Origin: Patescibacteria group bacterium
GTDB lineage: Bacteria; Patescibacteriota; Microgenomatia; UBA12405
Direction: 5' to 3'
Assembly: GCA_038062455.1 (NCBI GenBank)
Contig: JBBTXE010000001.1
Location: forward strand, 316,371-370,718
Length of the DNA: 54,348 bases
The notes under the pieces are model-generated. The model was not told the DNA's origin and searched no databases. It saw nothing but the letters and a program-made list of their open reading frames with translations. This document shows positions 9,590-17,705 of the stretch, in pieces. The position numbers and the translations under genes were made by a program. The first letter of the stretch is position 1. Each line of letters begins with the position of its first letter.

Positions 9590-10816
9590 ATGTTCCAAAA
9601 ACTTAAAAACTATCTCTGGCACCTGCCCAGAACGCTTTTTTGGCAAACTTTCTACCTTTTCCCTCAAAAGTCATTGGTGTTAATCGGAGTTACTGGAACC
9701 GACGGCAAGACCAGTACCTGCAACCTTATCCACCAAATCTTATCCAACGCCAACATCAACGTTAAATCAATCACCACCATCAACAGCCCCGGACTTCACA
9801 CCACCAGCAATTTTAGCTCTAAAACTTTCTTTCAACTGTTAAAACAATATCAAAAAGACGGAGTTACTCATGTTATCTGTGAAGCCACTTCCCACGCCCT
9901 GGACCAATTTCGATACTTTGGCTGCCATTTCACCGCCAGTGTCATCACCAATCTCTCCCATGAACACCTTGACTATCACCGAAATATGGGAAACTATTTA
10001 AAAGCTAAATCACGTCTTTTTTGTCAATCAAAATATAAAATCCTCAACGCTGACGATCCTTATTTTCCGCAGCTAAAAAAACTACTCAAAAAAAACATTT
10101 TTACCTACTCAATCAAAAATCCATCAAACTTTCAGGCCAAAAAAATAAACATTTCCCCTGAATCTGTTTCTTTCGTCCTTGATAAGCAAATATATATTTC
10201 CGATTCACCCTATAAATACCAAATATACAATCTGCTGGCTGGTATCTCTCTAACCCAAAAACTCAAAATAAATAAAAAAATAATTATTGCCTCTATCCGC
10301 CACTTTCCTGAAACCAAAGGTCGACGGGAAATTGTCAAAAACAATTTCAAAATAAATTGTATTGTCGACTTTGCCCATACCCCCAACGCCTTATTTGAAA
10401 CTTTAACCGCACTTAAAATAATTTACCCGAATGGCAAACTTATCTGCCTCTTTGGCGCCACCGGTGGTCGTGACCAAAGCAAACGTCCTTTAATGGGAAA
10501 AATAGTTTCAGAAATCGCCGACGTTGCCATTATCACCGCTGACGACACTAGAAACGAACCAATCGATTCTATCAACCAGCAAATTATTTCCGGAATTAAT
10601 CCCAAAAAAATTAAGCAAAAAAAATTTCAGTATCACAATATCTTTAACCGTCAGGATGCCTTCAACTTTGCCGTCAAAATTGCTAACCCCGGCGATACTA
10701 TCATCGCCTGCGGCAAAGGCCATGAACTAAGCATCCTTCATAGTAAAACCGAATACCCTTGGTCGGAAACCGAAGCTTTTAAAACCGCTTTTAGAAATCG
10801 GGACCAAAATGTTTAA
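9590..10816 (+). CDS. murE: MurE-family Mur ligase
   Basis: IGVTGTDGKTST, EATSHALDQ, TNLSHEHLDYH, VDFAHTPNAL, FGATGGRD, GKGHE. Start taken at ATG 9590. Confidence 0.9.
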   Translation: MFQKLKNYLWHLPRTLFWQTFYLFPQKSLVLIGVTGTDGKTSTCNLIHQILSNANINVKSITTINSPGLHTTSNFSSKTFFQLLKQYQKDGVTHVICEATSHALDQFRYFGCHFTASVITNLSHEHLDYHRNMGNYLKAKSRLFCQSKYKILNADDPYFPQLKKLLKKNIFTYSIKNPSNFQAKKINISPESVSFVLDKQIYISDSPYKYQIYNLLAGISLTQKLKINKKIIIASIRHFPETKGRREIVKNNFKINCIVDFAHTPNALFETLTALKIIYPNGKLICLFGATGGRDQSKRPLMGKIVSEIADVAIITADDTRNEPIDSINQQIISGINPKKIKQKKFQYHNIFNRQDAFNFAVKIANPGDTIIACGKGHELSILHSKTEYPWSETEAFKTAFRNRDQNV

Positions 10817-11402
10817 CTTAAAAAATAACTTCTCTGTCGAAGAAAATTACCAAAACGGCTTCCTGCCGCAACGGAATTCCCGGAGTCTTTTTTACCAACA
10901 GACTAGCTGCCGATCCAATCTATCTTTATTTAACCTAAGTTCGGAAAATCGACGAATTCTTAACAAAACCGCCGCCTTTGCCTTTGAAGTTTCGCTTCTA
11001 TCTGATTTTTCATTTTCCTTAGCTACCCAAAAAACCATCTTTAAATGGGTAAAAAAACTCAACTGGGATTTCCCCATGTCCTCAATCAAAAATATCTTTA
11101 CCAATCATATCTTCAACCGACTTTATATTTGGAAAGACTCACCGGAAAGTATTATTGCCTATTCCCTTTGTTATTTCTCAAATACTCTTTCCCATATTGC
11201 TTACGTTTTTTACAATCCTGAGTTTTCCCATACCAATCTTCCCATCCGCCTTACCCTTCAGACTATTATCGATAGTCACCAAAATAAATTAGCTTTCTGC
11301 TACCTTGGCCGCTTTGACCCCAAACCGGAAGGCGTTGGCTACTACAAAAGAAACATGCCCGGATTTGAATACTTTTCTCAAAACCGGTGGAGACAATTAT
11401 GA
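10809..11402 (+). CDS. ATE1/Bpt-like aminoacyl-tRNA-dependent transferase (divergent, short)
   Basis: N-terminal Y..GF...R...F.LSSENRRIL and C-terminal HIAYVFYNPEF...CYLG...YYKR resemble the ATE_N and ATE_C consensus (VYTFYDPD...YYYLG...YK). Recognised by eye only. Confidence 0.6.
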   Translation: MFNLKNNFSVEENYQNGFLPQRNSRSLFYQQTSCRSNLSLFNLSSENRRILNKTAAFAFEVSLLSDFSFSLATQKTIFKWVKKLNWDFPMSSIKNIFTNHIFNRLYIWKDSPESIIAYSLCYFSNTLSHIAYVFYNPEFSHTNLPIRLTLQTIIDSHQNKLAFCYLGRFDPKPEGVGYYKRNMPGFEYFSQNRWRQL

Positions 11403-12712
11403 AAATTCATATTTTAGCGATTGGTGGCACCATGACTACTCCTTTGGCCCTAGCCTTAAAAAACGATGGCCACACCGTTACCGGCAGTGATCAAAAATAT
11501 ATTTATCCTCCTTTTAGCCAAAATCTTTACCATGCCCATATACCAATTAACCCCAAACTCAATTCTTTTTCTCCTGACTTAGTTATCGTCGGTTCTGCTT
11601 TTAAAAAATTTAGCCATACTCAAACCGAATTTGAATTTTTCAAAAATAAAAAAACTCCTTATATCTCCGCCACCAAATACATTGCTGACAATTTAATAAA
11701 AAGTAATAGTATTTTAGTTGCCGGAAGCTACGGTAAAACCACCATAACTGCGGCGCTTTCTTGGATCCTGACCAAAATCGGCTTTAATCCTTCTTATTTC
11801 TTCGGCGGCCAAAGTAAAAACCGTTTCCCGTCACTTAGGTTTTCCTCATCCGATTGGTCAGTAGTCGAAGCTGACGAATCTAAAAACGGTCTCGATACTC
11901 AGGCTAAGTTTTTATACTATCCGGTAAAATATTTGATTTTAACTTCATCCCGTTGGGAACATCACGATTCCTACAAAAGTAAAACCGAAAATCAAGAAAG
12001 TTTTATCAAACTAATTAAGCGGCTTCCCCCTGATGGCCTTTTGGTTTATAACGCCCAAGATCCGTCAACCAAGTCTCTTATCAAATACGCCCAATGTAAA
12101 AGTATCGACTATTCCCTATATACCTCAAAACATCCTTTTCTTTTCGGCCAACACAATCAAAACAATCTGGCGGCCTGCGTTATCCTCTGCCTTAATCTAG
12201 GAATAAGTCCTCAAAAAACTGATTTTTATCTTCAAAAATTTAAAGGCATTAAACGCCGGCTGGAATTAATATCAACTATAAAAAATACCTATTTTTACGA
12301 CGACTTTGGCCAAAATCCGATCCGTATCGATGCCTGTCTTTCGGCACTTGCCGATAAATTTCCCAATCAAAGAATTTTGGTTATTTTAGAACCACATGCT
12401 TCTTTTCTCCAATACCCAAACTCCCTCAAAGGCCTCGGTTCGGCTCTCAAAAAAGCCTCTAAAGTTTTTTTGGGTAAAATTCAATATTCTCAAAATAAAA
12501 ATACCCGAACCTCCTTTTCTGATTATCAAAAGCTTTTAGGTGATAAACTTATCTATCTGCCCCTTTACCCCGATCTCCAAAATTCGGTTTTGTCTTCCCT
12601 TAACCCAGGCGATGTTTTAGTTCACTTTAGTTCCGGAGGTCTGTCCGGCCTAAAAACCTTCAAACAAATTATTAATAAATTCAAATATCAAGCTTTAGAA
12701 ATTAGAAATTAG
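11399..12712 (+). CDS. MurC/Mpl-family ligase, N-terminus Mpl-like
   Basis: MKIHILAIGG...GHTVTGSDQKYIYPPFS, VAGSYGKTT, VEADES, KGIKRRLE, DDFGQNP, ILEPH. Confidence 0.85.
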   Translation: MKIHILAIGGTMTTPLALALKNDGHTVTGSDQKYIYPPFSQNLYHAHIPINPKLNSFSPDLVIVGSAFKKFSHTQTEFEFFKNKKTPYISATKYIADNLIKSNSILVAGSYGKTTITAALSWILTKIGFNPSYFFGGQSKNRFPSLRFSSSDWSVVEADESKNGLDTQAKFLYYPVKYLILTSSRWEHHDSYKSKTENQESFIKLIKRLPPDGLLVYNAQDPSTKSLIKYAQCKSIDYSLYTSKHPFLFGQHNQNNLAACVILCLNLGISPQKTDFYLQKFKGIKRRLELISTIKNTYFYDDFGQNPIRIDACLSALADKFPNQRILVILEPHASFLQYPNSLKGLGSALKKASKVFLGKIQYSQNKNTRTSFSDYQKLLGDKLIYLPLYPDLQNSVLSSLNPGDVLVHFSSGGLSGLKTFKQIINKFKYQALEIRN

Positions 12713-12715
12713 AAA
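12695..12715. repeat. Heptamer tandem repeat (TTAGAAA)x3
   Basis: Read directly; spans the stop codon of the murC/mpl-like gene. Confidence 0.85.
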
Positions 12716-12723
12716 TTAACCAT

Positions 12724-14052
12724 ATGTCACGCTATATAATTACCGGCGGCAAAACCCTAACCGGTGAAGTCTCTATCCGTGGGGCTAAAAATGCCAGTTT
12801 CAAACAAATTATTGCCTCGCTTTTAAGTGACCAAACTACTCATCTATCCAACATCCCTCAAATTTCGGATGTCAGAATTACCCAAAGTATCGCCGAAAGT
12901 CTTGGCAGCCAGATTAACTCAATCGGAGAGCATAGTCTAGAAATTACTACCAAAAATATTACTTCTTCCGTAGTTCCTCATGGAACCGGTGAAAAATCCC
13001 GAACTTCATTTATGTTCGCTGCCCCTCTGCTTCTTCGCACCGGTCAGGCCATTATACCCACTCCCGGTGGCGACAAGCTTGGGGCCCGACCCCTCGACCG
13101 TCTCTTTGAATGTTTTGACAAAATGGGAATTACTACCGAAGTAACCAACGATACTATTCGTTTTTCCACCCTAAAAATCAAACCAACTACTTTTTGTTTT
13201 CCCAAACCATCCCATACTGTCACTGAAGTTTTATTAATGGTCTCCGCTTTAATAACCGGTCAAACAATTTTAGAAAACTCTTCCCTGGAACCGGAAATTG
13301 ACGATCTTTTAATTATGCTCAATTCCATGGGGGCAAAAATTCATCGTGATCCCGCCAACCCCAAAACCATTATCATTGACGGTGTCAACAGTCTTTCCGG
13401 TACTTCTCACCAAGTTATTGCCGACCGTAACGAAACCGTCACCTTTGCCTGCGCCGCCCTGGCCACTAAGGGCTCAATTAATATCCTCAACACCGATCCA
13501 AAAATTGTGGCTACCTTTTTAAAAACCATTCAAAAAATGGGGGCTAAAATTTTCTCCGGTAAGGACGAAATTACTGTCTCTTGGAATAAACCCTTAAAGG
13601 CAATTGATATCGAAACCGGACCGGAACCTCTCTTTATGACTGATTGGCAGGCTATCTTTTCCGTCCTTTTAACCCAAACTATCGGGGTTAGTTCCATCAT
13701 TGAACGGGTTTACCCTAATCGTTTCCAACACATTTCTAATTTAGAAAAGATGGGAGCAAAGGCCAAATATTTTAACCCGAAAGTTAAAAACCCGGAAAAT
13801 TTTTACGAATTTAATCCCCAAAGCGACCAACCCCAATATTTTCACGGTGTCAAAATATATGGACCAGTAAAACTTAAACCCGCTGATTTCAAAATTAACG
13901 ATCTTCGGGCCGGCGCTTCAATCACCCTGGCCGCTTTGACTGCCGCCGGTACCTCCACTATTGACAACGTCGAGTACATTGAACGTGGCTACGAAAAACT
14001 AGCCGAACGTCTCAAATCACTTGGCGCCTTAATAGAGTATATTAAAACTTAA
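12724..14052 (+). CDS. murA: UDP-N-acetylglucosamine 1-carboxyvinyltransferase
   Basis: GAKNA, PGGDKLGARP, EPEI, IADRNE, TDWQA, IERVYPNRF, DLRAGA, IERGYE. Confidence 0.93.
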   Translation: MSRYIITGGKTLTGEVSIRGAKNASFKQIIASLLSDQTTHLSNIPQISDVRITQSIAESLGSQINSIGEHSLEITTKNITSSVVPHGTGEKSRTSFMFAAPLLLRTGQAIIPTPGGDKLGARPLDRLFECFDKMGITTEVTNDTIRFSTLKIKPTTFCFPKPSHTVTEVLLMVSALITGQTILENSSLEPEIDDLLIMLNSMGAKIHRDPANPKTIIIDGVNSLSGTSHQVIADRNETVTFACAALATKGSINILNTDPKIVATFLKTIQKMGAKIFSGKDEITVSWNKPLKAIDIETGPEPLFMTDWQAIFSVLLTQTIGVSSIIERVYPNRFQHISNLEKMGAKAKYFNPKVKNPENFYEFNPQSDQPQYFHGVKIYGPVKLKPADFKINDLRAGASITLAALTAAGTSTIDNVEYIERGYEKLAERLKSLGALIEYIKT

Positions 14053-14057
14053 AGTCT

Positions 14058-15092
14058 ATGATTCATCTCTACCTAGGTCTTCTTTTGTTTTCCTTTTTTA
14101 CCACCAGCATATTAGTTGTCCCCTTTATTAACATTCTCTATCGTCTTAAATTTCAGCGGCAGCGCCAAAAAACTCTCGATTTTCAAAATCGCCGGACGCC
14201 AATTTTTGATAAGTTTCACCGGGAAAAATCAGGTACTCCCGTTGGCGGCGGGCTATTAATTATCCTGTCAGTAACGATTCTCTTTTCCTTCCTTTTCCCG
14301 ATTCTTAAATTCTCCCAAATATTTATTTCCAGTAATTTCCGGCTCAATCATGAAATTGAAGTCATCTTTTTTACCTTTATTAGTTTTGGGCTTTTAGGTC
14401 TCTACGATGATATATCCAAATTTTTTGGAATCAAAAAATCCGGTTTCTTTGGTCTTAGGCTGAAACACAAACTTCTTCTTCAACTAATTTTAGCCGCTAT
14501 TGCCTCCTCCTTAATTTTTTTCCGTTTAGGAATTAATTTTATTTATCTACCCTTCCTTGGCGCCATTAATCTAGGTCTATTTTTTATTCCCATTTCTACT
14601 GTCATTATTGCGTCTTTCACTAATTTCTTTAACATTACCGACGGTCTTGATGGCTTATCCTGCGGCATCTTAACCATTTCCCTTTTTGCTTTCTGGATCC
14701 TGGCCGGCTCTTCCTTCGACACCCCTATTTCTCTTTTTATTTCCCTCTGGATTGGGGCTCTAATCGCCTTTCTCTACTTTAACGTCTTCCCCGCCCGAAT
14801 TTGGCTGGGCGATGTCGGTTCTCTTTCTTTTGGAGCTACTTTTGCCGTAATTGCTCTGCTCTTAGGGAAAATAGTTCCCTTAATTATTGTCGGCGCTCCT
14901 TTTATCATCGAAGGGCTAAGCAGCGCCATTCAAATAGTTTCCAAAACTTATTTTAAGAAAAAAGTCTTTCCGGCCGCCCCAATCCATCTGACCCTTCAAA
15001 AAATCGGTTGGGAAGAACCTAAAATTGTTTTACGTGCCTGGCTGGCAACCATTATTCTGGCTATCTTTGGCTTATGGCTGGGTCTAAACTAG
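14058..15092 (+). CDS. mraY: Phospho-N-acetylmuramoyl-pentapeptide transferase
   Basis: KSGTPVGGG, GLYDD, NFFNITDGLDGL, GDVGS, APIHLTLQKIGWEEPKIV; multi-TM. Confidence 0.93.
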   Translation: MIHLYLGLLLFSFFTTSILVVPFINILYRLKFQRQRQKTLDFQNRRTPIFDKFHREKSGTPVGGGLLIILSVTILFSFLFPILKFSQIFISSNFRLNHEIEVIFFTFISFGLLGLYDDISKFFGIKKSGFFGLRLKHKLLLQLILAAIASSLIFFRLGINFIYLPFLGAINLGLFFIPISTVIIASFTNFFNITDGLDGLSCGILTISLFAFWILAGSSFDTPISLFISLWIGALIAFLYFNVFPARIWLGDVGSLSFGATFAVIALLLGKIVPLIIVGAPFIIEGLSSAIQIVSKTYFKKKVFPAAPIHLTLQKIGWEEPKIVLRAWLATIILAIFGLWLGLN

Positions 15093-15649
15093 ATCTTCTC
15101 TACCTTGAAACTCAAAAATACCTTGGCTTACCCTACTTTTCTAATCTAGGTCGACACCAAACCTCATCTTCAAACAACGCTGATGTCGGAAAAGGCAGTG
15201 CCAAAGAAATTGCTCTCAGAACAATTGAGATCGCGAACCTTGAAAATATTAAATTAGTTAATCTGTCCCCAATCCAAATTTACAACTTTCAAAAAAAGCA
15301 CCGTCTCGGCATCGATTGTTCCGGTCTCGTTTGTCATCTTTTAAATTTTTATTTCTCACTTTCACTGAATCCCCGAAAAACCTCTGCCAATAAATTGACT
15401 TCCTTACCTCTCTCTACCACTATCAAACTCGGCGATATTCGCACCGGGGATCTTATCCGTCAAAAAAACGGTCGCCATGTTCTCTTCGTCATCAACCGTT
15501 TAGGCGACACCGTCAGCTACACCGACAGCCGTAAAGACAGCCGTGGAGTCAAAACTGACTCCTTTTCCCTGTCAAAACCGGATATTGAAATCGGGGGAGT
15601 ATTTCGGCTTACTTCTCTTCTATCAATACCTGATATTTCCACGGATTAA
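15074..15649 (+). CDS. NlpC/P60-like cysteine hydrolase
   Basis: GLPY...GIDCSGLV (catalytic Cys) and GDLI...GRHV (catalytic His). Confidence 0.7.
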   Translation: MAGSKLDLLYLETQKYLGLPYFSNLGRHQTSSSNNADVGKGSAKEIALRTIEIANLENIKLVNLSPIQIYNFQKKHRLGIDCSGLVCHLLNFYFSLSLNPRKTSANKLTSLPLSTTIKLGDIRTGDLIRQKNGRHVLFVINRLGDTVSYTDSRKDSRGVKTDSFSLSKPDIEIGGVFRLTSLLSIPDISTD

Positions 15650-15767
15650 GCGACACCATCTCTACTTCGGTCCCACACTCGCTACATTCTAAAATATCAC
15701 CTATCATTGTTTTATCACTATTTTTTATTTCCGCCTGACAATCAGGACAAATTACTTTTCCCATCAT
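15609..15767 (-). CDS. LysW/ArgW-like amino-group carrier protein (52 aa, absent from the ORF track)
   Basis: Hand translation: MMGKVICPDCQAEIKNSDKTMIGDILECSECGTEVEMVSLNPWKYQVLIEEK*. Two CxxC knuckles and the G[D/E]xxxCxxCGxExEVxSL[D/N]P pattern of LysW. Confidence 0.8.
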   Translation of the reverse strand: MMGKVICPDCQAEIKNSDKTMIGDILECSECGTEVEMVSLNPWKYQVLIEEK

Positions 15768-15795
15768 AATATATTAAAATGTAATAGCCTATTAT

Positions 15796-16596
15796 ATGAC
15801 ACCTTTAATCAAAATTGACTCAATCTTTCTAAAAAGGGAAGATCAAAACCCCACCGGCTCCGCCAAAGACAGAGCCCTTTTGCCTCAAGTCCAAAATCTA
15901 AAATCTAAAGGTTTTTCAAAAGCTGTCATTTCCTCAACCGGTAATGCCGCCATATCCGCTCAATTTTATTGCCGAAAGTTTCAAATTCCCTTAACTATTT
16001 TTCTTCCTCCGGCCGCTTCTCCTGAAAAACTCAAATTACTTGGCAAATTCACTATCTCCCCCAGACCAATCAGTGACGCCATTAAATTTGCCAAAGCCAA
16101 TCACGCCTATCTTCTCCGGCAATCTACCGATCCGGTTGCCCTCGAGGGTTACCAACAAATCGGTCAGGAGCTCATCTTTCAACTTCCCCAAATCAGCAGC
16201 CTTTTTGTTCCGGTTGGCAGCGGCACTACTCTGTTGGGTATCTCCCAAAGCCTACCTCAACCTGTCAAAATTTTTGCTGTTCAACCGGCCTCCCATTGCC
16301 CGATATCTTCATTATTTGACAAAAATTATTCTTCTGAAACCAGTTCACTAACCGACTCTCTCGGCGCTAAATATTTACCCCTAAAAAACAATATTTTAAA
16401 GGCTATTAGAGAAAGCGGGGGCGGGGGAGTTGTAGTTCAAAATCGAAATATTGAAATTGCCCAATCTTTCCTCATAAATAACAAAATCATTACTTCATCT
16501 GAAGGCGCATTGGCCCTAGCCGGATACCGAAAAATAAAAGAGGTTTACAATGTTGGCAACTATCCGGTTATTTTATTAACAGGGGCCAAAAGATGA
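15796..16596 (+). CDS. PLP-dependent enzyme, fold type II (threonine-synthase-like)
   Basis: LKREDQNPTGSAKDR (PLP lysine), SSTGNAA, EGYQQIGQEL, VPVGSGTT, SSEGALALAG. Confidence 0.85.
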   Translation: MTPLIKIDSIFLKREDQNPTGSAKDRALLPQVQNLKSKGFSKAVISSTGNAAISAQFYCRKFQIPLTIFLPPAASPEKLKLLGKFTISPRPISDAIKFAKANHAYLLRQSTDPVALEGYQQIGQELIFQLPQISSLFVPVGSGTTLLGISQSLPQPVKIFAVQPASHCPISSLFDKNYSSETSSLTDSLGAKYLPLKNNILKAIRESGGGGVVVQNRNIEIAQSFLINNKIITSSEGALALAGYRKIKEVYNVGNYPVILLTGAKR

Positions 16597-17705
16597 ATCT
16601 AGAAAACATTCTTGCCCATTTGCCGGTAGACTTTTTCTTTTTAGTAGTTGATAAGTTTTTAGATATTAACCTGCCCCGTCTTCCCAATTTCTATCCTATT
16701 TATCACCCCCATCTTTCCGTCAAAAACAGTGGTTATCTTTTATCGCAACCCGAAACTTTTGACTTTATCCAAAAAACAATCTCTTATTCCGGGCACAAAG
16801 TGGCCATTATTCCTTTCAAACCTTCAGCTAAAATCGATTTTATTTGTAAAAAAAATAATTGGATTTGTGTCGGCAACCCTCCTTCTTTAAATCGATTTTT
16901 TGAGAACAAAATAAATTTTCCCCAAATTATTACCAACTCCCATCTTCCCCAAATTCCCCATATTTCCGGCCCCTTAAATTCTAAACTATTATCCATTGCT
17001 GAAAAAAAATTCAATCTGCCCCTTGTTATCCAAACTCACTCCGGTTGGGCCGGCAACAGCACTCATTTAATTAAAGATTTAAAAAAAATATTTCAAATAA
17101 TTCCCCATGACACTCCAACAAAAATTTCTCCCTATCTTATCGGTTACACCCTCCTTAATAATTGCTGTCTAACTAGCCGCGGACTTCTCCAAAGTCCTCC
17201 CGCTCTCCAATATACCGGCATCCCCACGTTAACTTCAAACCCCTTTTCTACCGTTGGCCGCCAATGGCCCTCCCTGGCTCCTCCTAAAATTATTGCCAAA
17301 ATCCAAAAACTCACCACCAATTTTTCCGAAACTCTAAAAAAATATAAATACCGCGGTTTCTTTGGCCTGGATTTTCTGGTTTCTAAAAATATAGTTTATC
17401 TTTTAGAGTGCAACCCCCGCCTGACTGCCTCTTTTGCCTTTTATACCGACATCGAACTAAAAAATAAGCTAAACCCGCTTTTTTATTTTCACCTATTAGA
17501 GTTTTGCGCCCCGGATCAAATCAAAGATCTGACAAACGAAAACCGTTTTGACAACAAAAATATTATTGGCTCGGAAATTACCCTAAAAAACAAGCTCTCT
17601 GTAACCATTAATAAATATCACGATTACAAAATATTTTGCCATCATCTAAATCCGCAGCATATTGATCTGTCAATTTTAAAAAATCTCCAGAATGAAAAAA
17701 ACTAA
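16593..17705 (+). CDS. ATP-grasp ligase
   Basis: FENKINF, PLVIQTHSGWAGNST loop, YRGFFGLDFLV...YLLECNPRLTAS (ExN motif). ATGA overlap with the PLP gene. Confidence 0.85.
   Translation: MNLENILAHLPVDFFFLVVDKFLDINLPRLPNFYPIYHPHLSVKNSGYLLSQPETFDFIQKTISYSGHKVAIIPFKPSAKIDFICKKNNWICVGNPPSLNRFFENKINFPQIITNSHLPQIPHISGPLNSKLLSIAEKKFNLPLVIQTHSGWAGNSTHLIKDLKKIFQIIPHDTPTKISPYLIGYTLLNNCCLTSRGLLQSPPALQYTGIPTLTSNPFSTVGRQWPSLAPPKIIAKIQKLTTNFSETLKKYKYRGFFGLDFLVSKNIVYLLECNPRLTASFAFYTDIELKNKLNPLFYFHLLEFCAPDQIKDLTNENRFDNKNIIGSEITLKNKLSVTINKYHDYKIFCHHLNPQHIDLSILKNLQNEKN

Noticed and set aside
15609-17705. Canonical LysW-dependent lysine/arginine biosynthesis
   Set aside because: No lysZ, lysY, lysJ or lysK homologues are nearby, the carrier lacks EDWGE, and the ATP-grasp does not look like LysX/RimK; genes elsewhere in the genome cannot be excluded.
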